Assembly: GCA_022511065.1 (NCBI GenBank)
Contig: JAFLSG010000001.1
Span: 63,801-127,800, forward strand
Direction of reading: 5' to 3'
Length of the DNA stretch: 64,000 nt
From: Prevotella sp.
GTDB lineage: Bacteria; Bacteroidota; Bacteroidia; Bacteroidales; Bacteroidaceae
Below the pieces are notes generated by a model. That model was not told the origin of the DNA. It saw only the letters and a list, made by a program, of their open reading frames with translations, and searched no databases. Shown here piece after piece: positions 1 through 10,953 of this stretch; the stretch's first letter is position 1, and the number at the start of each line of letters is the position of its first letter. The position numbers and the translations under genes are program-made.

Positions 1-1
1 T

Positions 2-310
2 GGAGAAGTTAAAATTATTGTAAGAGCAAATGACAATAATTCAGATCCAATGAGCCTCATTACAATTTATAAAATGAATGCTAAGAAAAAGCAACGTTCT
101 GTAGATTTGTCGGTTGATCATTCAGACAATCCTTTCGCGTCAAGCAAAACTTACTCGAAAGACAAAATGAAATTTCAAGGAAAGAAATATGGGTCAAATT
201 CTTATATAATCACAACAAACCTTGAAGCTGGAGAATATGGAATAATCATTCGAAACCCTAATAATGTAGATGAAAAATCCTGTATCGTTTCCTGCATAGG
301 AATAGAATAA
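2..310 (+). CDS. hypothetical protein, C-terminal part (ORF open to window edge)
   Basis: The frame of listed ORF 50..310 stays open back to nt 2 (GEVKIIVRANDNNSDP-MSLITIYK...). Low GC. A hairpin terminator follows. No family recognised. Confidence 0.4.
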   Translation, partial: GEVKIIVRANDNNSDPMSLITIYKMNAKKKQRSVDLSVDHSDNPFASSKTYSKDKMKFQGKKYGSNSYIITTNLEAGEYGIIIRNPNNVDEKSCIVSCIGIE

Positions 311-330
311 GTAAAAGTTTTTAATATAAA

Positions 331-360
331 GCCATCTGCAAACAGATGGCTTTTTGTTTT
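331..360 (+). terminator. rho-independent terminator
   Basis: Stem gccatctg (331-338), loop caaa, stem cagatggc (343-350), then tttttgtttt. Confidence 0.6.
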
Positions 361-491
361 TAGTATGATGAATGCAGTCACCTTTGCGGCGATTCTTGTA
401 AAAAGTTCATTTGTCTGCTCTGCATAGTTATTTCCTTACTTCATCAAATGAAATAATCTGCTGAAATTTTGCATTTCCACCTAATTATTAT

Positions 492-499
492 TACCTTTG
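492..499 (+). promoter_or_regulatory. Bacteroidota -7 promoter box (TACCTTTG) for leuS
   Basis: Matches TAnnTTTG, 35 nt upstream of the leuS ATG. Confidence 0.5.
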
Positions 500-533
500 C
501 AAGCTATAGGAATAATTTAAAGAGAAATAACGC

Positions 534-3356
534 ATGGATTACAATTTCAGAGACATTGAGCAGAAATGGCAAAAGCGGTGGGTGGAGAATGGTACTTACC
601 GCGTGGTGGAAGATAAGAGCAAAAAGAAGTTCTACGTGCTGAATATGTTCCCCTATCCGAGTGGTGCGGGACTTCACGTGGGTCATCCGCTCGGTTATAT
701 CGCCTCGGACATCTATGCGCGCTACAAGCGGCAGCAGGGTTATAACGTACTGAACCCGATGGGCTACGATGCTTACGGACTTCCCGCAGAGCAGTATGCT
801 ATCCAGACAGGTCAGCATCCTGAGAAGACCACCAACGAGAACATCAGCCGCTATCGCAGCCAATTGGACAAGATAGGTTTTTCGTTTGACTGGGATAGGG
901 AGGTGCGTACTTGTGACCCATCTTATTACAAGTGGACGCAGTGGGCTTTCCAGCGTATGTTCAAGTCGTATTACAGCCTTGCCTCGCAAAAGGCGCAGCC
1001 TACCATCAAACTTATTGAGCATTTCGAGTTGATGGGCACCGAGGGTATTTCTGCCGCTTGCACCGAGGAGTTGCATTTTACGGCGAGTGAGTGGGCTGCC
1101 TTTTCGGAGAAGAAAAAGCAAGAGGTGCTGATGAACTATCGTATCGCTTATTTGGCTGACACGATGGTAAACTGGTGCCCTCAGTTGGGTACGGTACTCG
1201 CCAATGATGAGGTGGTGGATGGCGTGAGCGTTCGCGGTGGTTATCCCGTAGTGCAGAAGAAGATGCGCCAGTGGTGCCTGCGTGTTTCTGCCTACGCTCA
1301 GCGCTTGCTTGACGGTTTAGAGGAGATTGACTGGACAGACTCGCTTAAAGAGACACAACGCAATTGGATTGGCCGCTCCGAGGGTGCTGAAATGGAGTTC
1401 AACGTAGCTGATTCCGACAAGCACTTCACGATCTTCACCACTCGTGCGGACACTATCTTTGGCGTGACCTTTATGGTGCTTGCCCCCGAGAGTGAACTCG
1501 TTGCTGAACTGACCACTCCCGAGCAGCAGAAGGCAGTAGATGAGTATCTGACGTATGTTAAGAAACGTACGGAGCGTGATCGCATTTCCGACCGCAAGGT
1601 TACGGGTGTGTTCTCTGGCTCTTACGCCATCAATCCATTCACGGAGGAAAGGATTCCCATTTGGATTAGTGAGTATGTGCTTGCCGGCTATGGTACGGGA
1701 GCCATTATGGCAGTACCGGCGCACGATAGCCGCGACTATGCTTTCGCCAAGCACTTCAATCTGCCCATCATACCGCTCATTGAGGGGGCTGATGTGTCAG
1801 AGGAGAGCTTCGATGCGAAAGAGGGTATCGTGATGAACTCAGCAAGCGAGAAGTTCAGTCTGAACGGACTCACCATCAAGGAAGCCATTGCCAAGACGAA
1901 GAAATACATCACCGAGACGGGTATCGGCCGCGTGAAGGTTAATTACCGCCTTCGCGATGCTATTTTCTCCCGTCAGCGTTATTGGGGCGAACCGTTCCCG
2001 GTTTATTACAAGGACGATATGCCTTATATGATTCCCAAGGAGTGCTTGCCGCTTGAACTGCCTGAAATCGATGAGTACAAGCCCACAGAGACAGGTGAGC
2101 CGCCACTCGGAAGGGCAAAAGTATGGGCTTGGGACACCAAGACAGACAAGGTGGTGGATAAGAGTCTCATTGACAACAAGACCGTCTTCCCGCTCGAACT
2201 GAATACGATGCCGGGATTTGCGGGTTCTTCAGCCTATTATCTGCGCTACATGGACTCCAAGAACGACAAGGCATTGGTAGATAAGGACATCGATCAGTAT
2301 TGGCAGAACGTGGATTTGTATGTGGGTGGTACGGAGCACGCTACGGGTCACCTGATCTATTCCCGTTTCTGGAACAAGTTCCTCTATGACTCTGGTTATA
2401 GCTGCATGGATGAGCCATTCCAGAAGTTGGTGAACCAGGGTATGATTCAGGGTCGTTCAAACTTCGTTTACCGAATCAACAATGCCGATTCAGCAAAGGC
2501 AGACCATCCCGTATTCGTGTCAGCAGGCTTGAAAGACCAATACGATGTAACGCCCATTCACGTGGATGTGAACATCGTGTCAGCAGATGTGCTCGACCTT
2601 GAGGCATTCAAGGCTTGGCGCCCTGAGTATGAGCATGCTGAGTTTATTCTCGAGGATGGCAAGTATATCTGCGGATGGGCTGTTGAGAAGATGTCGAAAT
2701 CTATGTTCAACGTGGTAAACCCGGATATGATTGTGGAGAAATACGGTGCTGACACCCTGCGTCTTTATGAGATGTTCTTGGGTCCTGTGGAGCAATCGAA
2801 GCCTTGGGATACCAACGGCATCGATGGTTGTCACCGTTTCCTCCGCAAGTTCTGGAATCTCTATCAGAATGATTTTGATGACAATACCACGCCCGAGAGT
2901 CTGAAGAGTGTTCACAAGCTCATCAAGAAAGTATCACAGGACATTGAGCATTTCAGTTACAACACTTCGATTTCTGCATTCATGATTTGCGTGAATGAAC
3001 TAACGCAACAAAAGTGCCATTCCAAGGAGCTGCTGAAAACGCTCGTTGTGCTGATTGCTCCGTTTGCCCCGCATATTGCTGAAGAACTCTGGGAGAAACT
3101 TGGAGGCGAGGGTAGTGTATGCGATGCCAAGTGGCCGCAATGGGATGAGCAGTATCTGGTGGAGAGTTCCGTCAAGCTCGGTGTTGCTTTCAACGGCAAG
3201 ACCCGCTTTGAGATGGAGTTTGCCGCTGATGCTGACAATCAGACCATTCAACAGACGGTACTGGCTGATGAGCGTGCTGTGAAATACATCGACGGCAAAG
3301 AGGTTATGAAGGTTATCATCGTCCCTAAGCGTATGGTGAACATTGTTTGCAAATAA
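534..3356 (+). CDS. leuS: leucine--tRNA ligase
   Basis: 940 aa. HIGH-type motif (LHVGHPLGY), KMSKS motif and a CP1 editing-domain layout typical of LeuRS. Confidence 0.97.
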   Translation: MDYNFRDIEQKWQKRWVENGTYRVVEDKSKKKFYVLNMFPYPSGAGLHVGHPLGYIASDIYARYKRQQGYNVLNPMGYDAYGLPAEQYAIQTGQHPEKTTNENISRYRSQLDKIGFSFDWDREVRTCDPSYYKWTQWAFQRMFKSYYSLASQKAQPTIKLIEHFELMGTEGISAACTEELHFTASEWAAFSEKKKQEVLMNYRIAYLADTMVNWCPQLGTVLANDEVVDGVSVRGGYPVVQKKMRQWCLRVSAYAQRLLDGLEEIDWTDSLKETQRNWIGRSEGAEMEFNVADSDKHFTIFTTRADTIFGVTFMVLAPESELVAELTTPEQQKAVDEYLTYVKKRTERDRISDRKVTGVFSGSYAINPFTEERIPIWISEYVLAGYGTGAIMAVPAHDSRDYAFAKHFNLPIIPLIEGADVSEESFDAKEGIVMNSASEKFSLNGLTIKEAIAKTKKYITETGIGRVKVNYRLRDAIFSRQRYWGEPFPVYYKDDMPYMIPKECLPLELPEIDEYKPTETGEPPLGRAKVWAWDTKTDKVVDKSLIDNKTVFPLELNTMPGFAGSSAYYLRYMDSKNDKALVDKDIDQYWQNVDLYVGGTEHATGHLIYSRFWNKFLYDSGYSCMDEPFQKLVNQGMIQGRSNFVYRINNADSAKADHPVFVSAGLKDQYDVTPIHVDVNIVSADVLDLEAFKAWRPEYEHAEFILEDGKYICGWAVEKMSKSMFNVVNPDMIVEKYGADTLRLYEMFLGPVEQSKPWDTNGIDGCHRFLRKFWNLYQNDFDDNTTPESLKSVHKLIKKVSQDIEHFSYNTSISAFMICVNELTQQKCHSKELLKTLVVLIAPFAPHIAEELWEKLGGEGSVCDAKWPQWDEQYLVESSVKLGVAFNGKTRFEMEFAADADNQTIQQTVLADERAVKYIDGKEVMKVIIVPKRMVNIVCK

Positions 3357-3360
3357 GACT

Positions 3361-4290
3361 ATGACACTTGACCATAAAGTGATATGGAATGAGGTGAAAG
3401 ACTATTCTTTCATCACGCTCGGCGTAATGCTGTACTCGGCTGCCTTCACGGTGTTTCTGATGCCTTATCAGATAGTGGCTGGCGGTGTGACGGGATTGTC
3501 GGCTATCATCTACTATGCCACGGGTTTCCATCTGGAGAACACTTACTTGATTATCAATGGAATCTTGTTGTTGGTAGCCTTGCGCATATTGGGTCTGAAG
3601 TTCATGATGAAGACCATCTATGGCATCTTCATGCTCTACGCGACGCTCGCATTTTTCCAAGCCATTATGCCGACACAAGAGAGTGGACTGCCCATCAAAC
3701 TATTGGGTGAGGGTCAGGATTTCATGTCGATGGCTATCGGGTCTATTGCCTCCGGTATTGCTTTGGCAATCATTTTCCTGAACAATGGATCCACGGGTGG
3801 CACGGACATCATTGCCGCAAGCATCAACAAGTATCGCGATGTATCGTTAGGTTCGGTACTCATAGCGGCAGACTTCTGTATCATCGGCTCCTGTATGTTC
3901 TTCCCGCAATTCGGTGACTACATCGAGCGGGCGCATAAGGTGGTGTTCGGATTCTGCGTGATGGTCATCGAAAACTTTATGCTCGACTATATGATGAACG
4001 CACGCCGTCAGTCTGTGCAATTCATGATATTCACCAACAAGTGGCAGGAGATGGCTAATGCGATAGGCACGGAAACCAAGCACGGCGTGACGATTCTTGA
4101 CGGACACGGATGGTACACGGGTAAGAGTCGTAAGGTGCTTTGCGTACTGGCAAAGAAGCGTGAGAGTGTCGGCATTTTCCGTCTCATCAAGATGATTGAC
4201 CCGCAGGCATTCGTCAGTCAGAGTAGTGTCATTGGTGTCTATGGTGAGGGATTTGATCAAATGAAGGTCAGCGTAAAGAAAAAGGAATAG
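3361..4290 (+). CDS. YitT family membrane protein (DUF2179 C-terminal domain)
   Basis: Multi-TM N-terminus with GGVTGLS, and a soluble C-terminal domain. The listed start 3343 is TTG and overlaps the leuS stop, so the ATG at 3361 is preferred. Confidence 0.8.
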   Translation: MTLDHKVIWNEVKDYSFITLGVMLYSAAFTVFLMPYQIVAGGVTGLSAIIYYATGFHLENTYLIINGILLLVALRILGLKFMMKTIYGIFMLYATLAFFQAIMPTQESGLPIKLLGEGQDFMSMAIGSIASGIALAIIFLNNGSTGGTDIIAASINKYRDVSLGSVLIAADFCIIGSCMFFPQFGDYIERAHKVVFGFCVMVIENFMLDYMMNARRQSVQFMIFTNKWQEMANAIGTETKHGVTILDGHGWYTGKSRKVLCVLAKKRESVGIFRLIKMIDPQAFVSQSSVIGVYGEGFDQMKVSVKKKE

Positions 4291-4297
4291 CATAATC

Positions 4298-4909
4298 ATG
4301 AAAATCGTATTCGCGACAAACAATGAGCATAAACTCTCGGAGATTCGTGCGATTCTCGGGGAAAGCATTGAAGTGCTGTCCTTAAAGGATATCAACTGCG
4401 ATGTGGATATTCCCGAAACGGGAAGCACACTCGAGGAAAATGCCCTGCAAAAGGCGCAATATATCTATGACCACTACCATATCGATGTGTTTGCTGATGA
4501 TACGGGTTTGGAGGTTGATGCGCTGAATGGTGCACCCGGTGTCTATTCCGCCCGCTATGCAGGCGGTGAGGGGCACGATGCGGAGGCTAATATGGTGAAA
4601 CTACTTCATGAATTGGGTGATAATGACAATCGAAAGGCAAGGTTTCGCACGGTAATTGCCCTCATTCAGAAAAAAGAAACCTGCCCTTGTGGGTGTGCGG
4701 GCATCAAGCAAGTAAACAAGTTTGAGGGTATCGTAGAAGGTCAAATCATCCGCGAGAAGAGAGGAGGGGAGGGCTTCGGTTACGATCCTGTCTTCCAGCC
4801 CGATGGCTATGATAAGACATTTGCGGAATTGGGTAATGAGGTGAAGAATCAGATTAGCCATCGTGCCCGTGCCGTTCAGAAGTTGGCTGATTATCTGTTA
4901 GGCAGATGA
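4298..4909 (+). CDS. rdgB: non-canonical purine NTP pyrophosphatase (RdgB/HAM1 family)
   Basis: N-terminal ATNNxHK, and FGYDPVF...ISHRARA at the C-terminus. Confidence 0.9.
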   Translation: MKIVFATNNEHKLSEIRAILGESIEVLSLKDINCDVDIPETGSTLEENALQKAQYIYDHYHIDVFADDTGLEVDALNGAPGVYSARYAGGEGHDAEANMVKLLHELGDNDNRKARFRTVIALIQKKETCPCGCAGIKQVNKFEGIVEGQIIREKRGGEGFGYDPVFQPDGYDKTFAELGNEVKNQISHRARAVQKLADYLLGR

Positions 4910-6810
4910 AGAGAATCCTTGTCCTCACGCTTTGGCTGATTGCCCTCAATACGATGGCACAGATAGGCACTTGGCGCAATTATCCAGCCTATCGCGATGT
5001 TCAGCAGATATGTGAGGCGGAGCATCATCTATTTGTCCTTGCTTCCAACGGACTCTATCAATACAACCTGAACGACCAAAGCATCACCACATACGACAAG
5101 ACGACAGGTCTCAACGACACGCATATCACACACATTGCCTGGAGCAAACAGGCAAAGAGACTGATAGCCATCTATGCGAACGCAAACATAGATCTTATTG
5201 AAACAACTGGCAATGTTATCAACATATCTGCCCTGTTTAATAAGTCTATGACGGAAGATAAGACGGTGACGGATGTGCGTATTGATGGCATCTATGCTTA
5301 TCTGGTTACAGGCTTCGCCATCATCAAGGTAAACCTGCAAAAGGCGGAAATCACCGAAACCTACACGCCTAATCACCCCGAATATCCTACTTCTTTGCCG
5401 GCAAAAGACAATACTGACTATGAGAAATATATCTCCCTTGTATCAACTCTCTCGCCTGGTGGCCCTGCCTATAATTATTTCTATGAATCCAAGTTCTTGA
5501 ATGGGAAACTCTATACGACGGGCGGATATTTCCTGCCAAGCCAACCAGATCCCCAACGGAAGGGTATCGTGCAGACTTTTAATGGAGAAGACTGGACGCT
5601 CTATGAAGAGGAAATCAGCGAGAAGACGGGCTATAAGTACGAGGACATCTGTTGCATAGATATTGACCCTACCAATGAAAGTCACGTGTTTGCGGGAGGT
5701 AAGTGCGGGCTTTATGAGTTTATGGATGGCAGGCTCATCAATTATTACAATAAGGACAACAGCCCGCTGAAGGGTGCGATGGATAGGGGTACTGAACTTG
5801 ATAATACATACGTGCTTGTGCTGGGTATCAAGTTCGATAAGAATGGAAATCTTTGGGTGCTGAATAGTCAGGCACAAGGTGTGAGTCTTTTTGAACTTAC
5901 CGCCTCGCATCAGTGGATTGACCACCATAATGACTTGTTGGCTAATGACAGTGGTGTGGGTCTGTCTGCACTCAGTTGTATGTTCTTTGATAGCCGTGGC
6001 TTGCTTTGGTTTGTCAATAACAACTGGCAAAATCCTGCCGTTTTCTGTTGCGATACCAACAATGAAATTGTCCTAAAATATGACAATTTCACAAACCAAG
6101 ACGGCACGAAATATGATGTCACTTGGGCATATTGTGCCGCAGAGGATAAGGAAGGGAATATCTGGGTAGGCACGGATATCGGACCGTTTATGATTCAGCG
6201 GAGTGAGGTAGGGCAGGAGAGTGTTGCATTCTGGCAAGTTAAAGTGCCTCGCAACGATGGCACAAACTATGCTGACTATCTGCTGAGTGGCGTAAGTATC
6301 AGTAGTATAGCCATTGATGGCGGCAACCGAAAATGGTTTGGTACGAATGGTGCAGGGGCTTTTCTCATCAGTGCCGATAACATAGAGCAATTAGAGAATT
6401 TCACCACTAATAACTCTAAACTCATTGACAACAGCATCGCCTCCATCGCCATCAATGAACAATCAGGTGAAATCTATTTCCTTACTGATAAAGGTCTATG
6501 CTCCTATCAAAGCAATGCCACCGAACCAAGTCTTGAGATGACAAAAGAGACTGTCTATGCCTATCCGAATCCCGTTACGCCTGACTATACAGGGTTGATA
6601 ACCATCACGGGTCTTACCTATGATGCTGATGTGAAAATTACAGCCTCCAATGGTGCGCTGATAGCCGAAGGTCGTAGCAACGGCGGAATGTTTACGTGGG
6701 ACGGATGTGACAGGCAGGGTAGGAGAGTGGCAAGTGGTGTCTATATGGTCATTACCGCCACTGCTGACGGCAAGAAGGGCACGGTTTGCAAGATAGCGAT
6801 TATCCGCTGA
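4906..6810 (+). CDS. secreted beta-propeller (two-component-regulator propeller-like) protein with T9SS C-terminal sorting domain
   Basis: Signal peptide [20 protein letters not shown]-terminal about 80 aa is YAYPNPV...VKITASNG...SGVYMVITA, typical of a type A T9SS CTD. ATGA overlap with rdgB. Confidence 0.7.
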   Translation: MKRILVLTLWLIALNTMAQIGTWRNYPAYRDVQQICEAEHHLFVLASNGLYQYNLNDQSITTYDKTTGLNDTHITHIAWSKQAKRLIAIYANANIDLIETTGNVINISALFNKSMTEDKTVTDVRIDGIYAYLVTGFAIIKVNLQKAEITETYTPNHPEYPTSLPAKDNTDYEKYISLVSTLSPGGPAYNYFYESKFLNGKLYTTGGYFLPSQPDPQRKGIVQTFNGEDWTLYEEEISEKTGYKYEDICCIDIDPTNESHVFAGGKCGLYEFMDGRLINYYNKDNSPLKGAMDRGTELDNTYVLVLGIKFDKNGNLWVLNSQAQGVSLFELTASHQWIDHHNDLLANDSGVGLSALSCMFFDSRGLLWFVNNNWQNPAVFCCDTNNEIVLKYDNFTNQDGTKYDVTWAYCAAEDKEGNIWVGTDIGPFMIQRSEVGQESVAFWQVKVPRNDGTNYADYLLSGVSISSIAIDGGNRKWFGTNGAGAFLISADNIEQLENFTTNNSKLIDNSIASIAINEQSGEIYFLTDKGLCSYQSNATEPSLEMTKETVYAYPNPVTPDYTGLITITGLTYDADVKITASNGALIAEGRSNGGMFTWDGCDRQGRRVASGVYMVITATADGKKGTVCKIAIIR

Positions 6811-6865
6811 TGCACGATGATTTAATACGTGACAGCCGATGTTTTAAGGTAATCTACGCACCTTT

Positions 6866-7813
6866 TTAAGACAATTCCAACATTCGCTCAATCGGCTTCA
6901 CCGCCAGCCTTGCCATTTCAGCATCTATCGTAATCTCCGGCGCTCCGTTCTTCAAGCAATCATACATCTTCTGCAAGGTATTCAGTTTCATATACTGACA
7001 CTCATTGCAACTGCACTCCAATCCACTCTCCGAGATTTCAGGCGGCACGGGAATGAACTCTTTTTCAGGACAAGCACGACGCATCTCGTGCAAGATACCT
7101 GCTTCTGTTGCCACGATAAACTGTTTCCTGTCGCTTTCCTTCGCATAATCAAGCATCTTGGCGGTACTTCCCTTTACATCTGCCAACGCCAACACAGGGC
7201 TTTTACACTCCAAATGCGCCATGACCACTGCATCGGGATATTGCTCCTTCAACTGGAGGATATTCGTCACGGAAAAACGCTCATGCACGTGACAACCGCC
7301 ATTCCAAAGCAGCATCTGCCTATCCGTCACCTCATTGATATAATTGCCCAAATTATAGTCAGGCCCGAAGATAATCTTCGCATCTTCCGGCAATTGGTCA
7401 ATCACTTTCTTTGCGTTTCCACTCGTTACCACCACGTCCGTCAATGCCTTCACGGCAGCCGTCGTATTCACATAACTCACCACTAAGTGGTCAGGATGCT
7501 CCTCCTTGAACGCCTTCAAATCCTCCGCCTTGCACGAATCAGCCAAAGAACAGCCTGCATTCATATCCGGACAAAGCACAATCTTGTCTGGAGAAAGCAA
7601 TTTACAGGTCTCCGCCATAAAATGCACGCCACACATTACCATCACCTTTGCATTCGTCTCCGCCGCCTTTCTTGCCAGCGCCAACGAGTCGCCCACGAAG
7701 TCAGCAATGTCCTGAATATCGCCCACCGTATAGTAGTGCGCAAGGATGATTGCATCCTTCTCCTTGCACATTCGGCGTATCTTCTGTTTCAGTTCTTCCT
7801 TTTTCAACGTCAT
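6866..7813 (-). CDS. nadA: quinolinate synthase
   Basis: 315 aa, NadA-type threefold repeat with conserved Cys ligands (CPDMNAGCS, GGCHVHERF, ECSCNEC). Confidence 0.95.
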   Translation of the reverse strand: MTLKKEELKQKIRRMCKEKDAIILAHYYTVGDIQDIADFVGDSLALARKAAETNAKVMVMCGVHFMAETCKLLSPDKIVLCPDMNAGCSLADSCKAEDLKAFKEEHPDHLVVSYVNTTAAVKALTDVVVTSGNAKKVIDQLPEDAKIIFGPDYNLGNYINEVTDRQMLLWNGGCHVHERFSVTNILQLKEQYPDAVVMAHLECKSPVLALADVKGSTAKMLDYAKESDRKQFIVATEAGILHEMRRACPEKEFIPVPPEISESGLECSCNECQYMKLNTLQKMYDCLKNGAPEITIDAEMARLAVKPIERMLELS

Positions 7814-7874
7814 ATTATTATTATCTTTTATTCTATTTCTTTTATTAAAAAATGAAATGAGTTGTATGATATGC

Positions 7875-8095
7875 TGTGGATATCTTGATAACTCTGTTTT
7901 TAACCCTTCTCAAAGCGGTTTATTATATTGTATATCAGATGAATATATCTTTTTCTCTTCCTTGTTGAAATCTGTGGAAAACTCCTTAATTCCGTGTGTA
8001 TAATCCTGTGGATATCCCACCCTATTCAGATGGTTGTTAGTAATCCGAAGTTTATTCCATCGTTTTCCACATACTTATCCACACCTTTTTCCACA
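7875..8095. other. cluster of six DnaA-box-like 9-mers (candidate oriC or DnaA regulatory region)
   Basis: Reverse orientation: TGTGGATAT 7875-7883, TGTGGAAAA 7973-7981, TGTGGATAT 8007-8015. Forward orientation: TTTTCCACA 8063-8071, TTATCCACA 8075-8083 (perfect), TTTTCCACA 8087-8095. The three forward sites are spaced exactly 12 bp apart. A tract of more than 80% AT lies at 7814-7860. Confidence 0.45.
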
Positions 8096-8207
8096 ATCTT
8101 CTTAATATCTATCCGTCACGCCACGTTCATTCAACCCCTCCATATTTTGTACCTATGGGTGCTCCGTTGCAAAAATACGAAAAAGCATTGGTTGAATTCG
8201 ATGTACT

Positions 8208-8263
8208 AAAGTTAAAAAAGGTTACTATAGTATTTAGGACTCATAAACATAGTGTTTAGGAAG
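8208..8263. repeat. left inverted-repeat arm with two TAGTRTTTAGG iterons
   Basis: aaagttaaaaaaggttactatagtattta, then iterons tagtatttagg at 8228-8238 and tagtgtttagg at 8250-8260. Confidence 0.6.
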
Positions 8264-8376
8264 TATAAGCATTATGTCTGCAAAATAACTGTTAAACATT
8301 GAAATATTATCTCATAAAGATTTTGTATTTTCACTAATTCTATTTTATTTTGCGAGTAAAATTAAATATACCTATT

Positions 8377-10425
8377 ATGACAAATCGTTATTTCTATAAA
8401 GCAAATATTGCTTCATTTTTGTCAGAAGACACTAATTCTATTTTTGGGAAAATGTCGCGTGCTGACGAAATGGATACAGTTTCTATGCAGAAATTTGCTT
8501 GGGAGCAAGAAATAACTATAATGAAACAAGTCTTTGAATCTTATAAGAATGAGCAAGGATATATATTGTTTGAATACACAATTCCTCGTTTAAATAAGCG
8601 CATAGATGCAGTTGTATTGTTAAAAGAACGTGTTTTTGTAATAGAGTTTAAGGCAGGCGAAGAAGATTTTTTGCGTCATGACGTGGATCAAGTGCTGGAT
8701 TATGCTTTAGATCTTAAGAATTTCCATCAGGGTAGTGTAGATAGAATAATTATTCCTATTTTAGTAGCAACAGAAAGCGAAGCGTACTCTCCCGAACTTT
8801 CCTGTTATGATGATGGAATATACAAACCACTTTTGACAGGTGCAAATCATTTGGATGATATTTTCCGTTTTGTACTATCTCAATCATTGCATAAAACCGA
8901 GTATGTTGTCTCTATGGATGATTGGGCGAGAAGTCGTTATGCTCCAACACCTACTATTATAGAAGCAGCACGTACACTTTATCTTAATCATAGTGTGGCA
9001 GATATCACACGTCATGAAGCAGAAGGTGCACAATTAGAGCAAACAACACGCTATGTGCAAAAGGTTATTCGAGATACAAAAGCACAAGGTAATAAAAGTA
9101 TTTGTTTTGTTACAGGGGTGCCGGGAGCAGGCAAAACATTGGTAGGCTTAAATGTAGCTGTTCAACAAGAAGAATCCCAAGATTTGGCTGTTTATCTTTC
9201 TGGTAATGGTCCTTTAGTGCAGGTGCTAACAGAGGCTTTAACACGTGATAAAAAAGAACAGGAGAAAGCTCAAGGACATAAGATAACAAAAAAGGAAGCT
9301 GAGAGAGAGGTAAAACGTTTTATTCAAATTCTCCATCGCTACCGAGACAATATGCTCAATAAAGTGAAAGTAGTAGATGGTAAATTATGTATTGACCCAT
9401 CGAAAGAACTGAAAGACAAAGAAGCTGGATATGGTGAAGTAGAAAATATTGCTATTTTTGATGAGGCCCAGCGGTCATGGGATAAAGAGCATATTGCAAG
9501 TTGGTTAAGTCGTAAGAAAGGATTTGCTAATTTTCCTATGTCAGAAGGTGAGTTTCTTATATGGTCGCTCGATCAAAGGCCTGACTGGGCTGTGATTGTT
9601 TGTTTGGTGGGAGGCGGACAGGAAATCAACACTGGTGAGGCAGGAATAGGTGAGTGGATTCGCGCACTCAATGATACGTTTCCACATTGGAATGTTTATA
9701 TATCAAATCAATTGACTGCTAAAGAATATGCAGAAGGACACGTAAAAGAGTTATTGGTTAATAATTCACGAGTAACATATACTGACGATTTACATTTGGC
9801 TGTTTCTATGCGTAGTTTCCGTGCTGAAAATTTATCTAATATGGTACATTACTTACTTGATGGAGATACAGAAAATGTAAAGAATATATATAAAGAAATA
9901 GCAGATAAGTACCCTATTATTTTAACCCGCGATCTGAATAAGGCAAAACAATGGTTGCGTCAGCGAGCACGTGGGAATGAACGCTATGGCTTGTTGGCTT
10001 CTTCAAAAGCGGAACGACTTAAACCACTTGCAATAAATGTGCGTTGTAAAACAGATATCGTGCATTGGTTCTTGGACGATATAAATGATGTACGATCATC
10101 GCTTTTCTTAGAAGATGCTGCATCAGAATTTGATGTTCAAGGCTTGGAATTAGATTGGACATGTGTAATTTGGGATGGTGATTTACGATACACATCTGAT
10201 GGATGGTCTTTCTTTGAATTTAATGGAGGAAGTAAATGGAATAATATCAAGAAGGTAGATCGTCAAAACTATCTTATCAACGCTTATCGTGTGCTTCTCA
10301 CTCGCGCAAGACAAGGAATGATTATCTGTGTTCCTGAAGGTGTATTAGAAGATAACACTCGTCTTCCTAAGTTTTACGATGACACATATAATTATCTTAA
10401 AAGTTTAGGATTTGAAGTGATTTAA
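8377..10425 (+). CDS. DUF2075-type protein: N-terminal PD-(D/E)xK-like nuclease fold plus SF1-like ATPase
   Basis: EY..RIDAVVLLKERVFVIEFK (D-ExK motif), Walker A GVPGAGKT, Walker B IFDEAQR, GGGQEIN, and C-terminal YRVLLTRARQGM. The listed start 8350 is TTG, so the ATG at 8377 is preferred. Confidence 0.8.
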   Translation: MTNRYFYKANIASFLSEDTNSIFGKMSRADEMDTVSMQKFAWEQEITIMKQVFESYKNEQGYILFEYTIPRLNKRIDAVVLLKERVFVIEFKAGEEDFLRHDVDQVLDYALDLKNFHQGSVDRIIIPILVATESEAYSPELSCYDDGIYKPLLTGANHLDDIFRFVLSQSLHKTEYVVSMDDWARSRYAPTPTIIEAARTLYLNHSVADITRHEAEGAQLEQTTRYVQKVIRDTKAQGNKSICFVTGVPGAGKTLVGLNVAVQQEESQDLAVYLSGNGPLVQVLTEALTRDKKEQEKAQGHKITKKEAEREVKRFIQILHRYRDNMLNKVKVVDGKLCIDPSKELKDKEAGYGEVENIAIFDEAQRSWDKEHIASWLSRKKGFANFPMSEGEFLIWSLDQRPDWAVIVCLVGGGQEINTGEAGIGEWIRALNDTFPHWNVYISNQLTAKEYAEGHVKELLVNNSRVTYTDDLHLAVSMRSFRAENLSNMVHYLLDGDTENVKNIYKEIADKYPIILTRDLNKAKQWLRQRARGNERYGLLASSKAERLKPLAINVRCKTDIVHWFLDDINDVRSSLFLEDAASEFDVQGLELDWTCVIWDGDLRYTSDGWSFFEFNGGSKWNNIKKVDRQNYLINAYRVLLTRARQGMIICVPEGVLEDNTRLPKFYDDTYNYLKSLGFEVI

Positions 10426-10437
10426 TCTACTTTATAA

Positions 10438-10830
10438 ATGAAACATATTGAAGTAGTTGCAGCAATTATTTCAGACGATCAAGGGCGTGTTTTTGTCACG
10501 CAGCGAGGATATGGTGAATGGAAAGACTATTGGGAGTTTCCTGGCGGTAAGATAGAATCAGGAGAAACTCCAGAAGAAGCGCTGCAACGTGAGATTTGGG
10601 AAGAATTGGAGACACGTGTTGTTATTGAACGATTAATGCATACGGTAGAGTGGGATTATCCAGACTTTCATCTGACGATGCATTGTTATTGGTGTCACGT
10701 GGAGAGTGGTAATTTAACGCTAAAGGAACATGAAGATGCTTGTTGGTTGAAACAAGATGAATTAGAAAAAATGCAATGGCTTCCTGCTGATGTAGAAGTG
10801 GTGAAGATGATTAGTAATGATGTCCTATGA
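10438..10830 (+). CDS. NUDIX hydrolase (MutT/NudG-like (d)NTP pyrophosphohydrolase)
   Basis: Nudix box GGKIESGETPEEALQREIWEELE. 130 aa. 12 nt after the DUF2075 gene. Confidence 0.85.
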   Translation: MKHIEVVAAIISDDQGRVFVTQRGYGEWKDYWEFPGGKIESGETPEEALQREIWEELETRVVIERLMHTVEWDYPDFHLTMHCYWCHVESGNLTLKEHEDACWLKQDELEKMQWLPADVEVVKMISNDVL

Positions 10831-10891
10831 ATTTTGAAATACCCCACTGTTGCAAGTATATTGCTTCCACTTGCTAAGTATAGTCTTTGCG

Positions 10892-10953
10892 CTTCCTAAA
10901 CATAGTATTTACGGGTCGTAAACGTAAATACTATAGTAACGCTTTTTAACTTT
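10892..10953. repeat. right inverted-repeat arm with iterons and an internal 11-bp hairpin
   Basis: cctaaacatag 10895-10905. tagtatttacg 10903-10913 pairs with cgtaaatacta 10923-10933. The terminal 29 nt mirror the left arm. Confidence 0.6.

Larger units (their letters stand above)
8208..10953. mobile_element. putative inverted-repeat-bounded low-GC two-gene cassette (no transposase)
   Basis: 29-bp terminal inverted repeats, 27/29 identical (8208-8236 versus the reverse complement of 10925-10953). Sampled lines are about 33-38% GC inside versus about 50-55% outside. Confidence 0.4.

Noticed and set aside
7746-8209. Small ORFs (85 aa and 71 aa) in the AT-rich gap
   Set aside because: These are low-complexity Phe/Leu/Ile-rich translations of AT-rich DNA that overlap the DnaA-box cluster. 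There is no promoter or family support.
8208-10953. Cassette interpreted as an IS element or transposon
   Set aside because: No transposase, integrase or recombinase ORF lies inside it, and no clear target-site duplication was identifiable by eye. It is kept only as a putative non-autonomous cassette.
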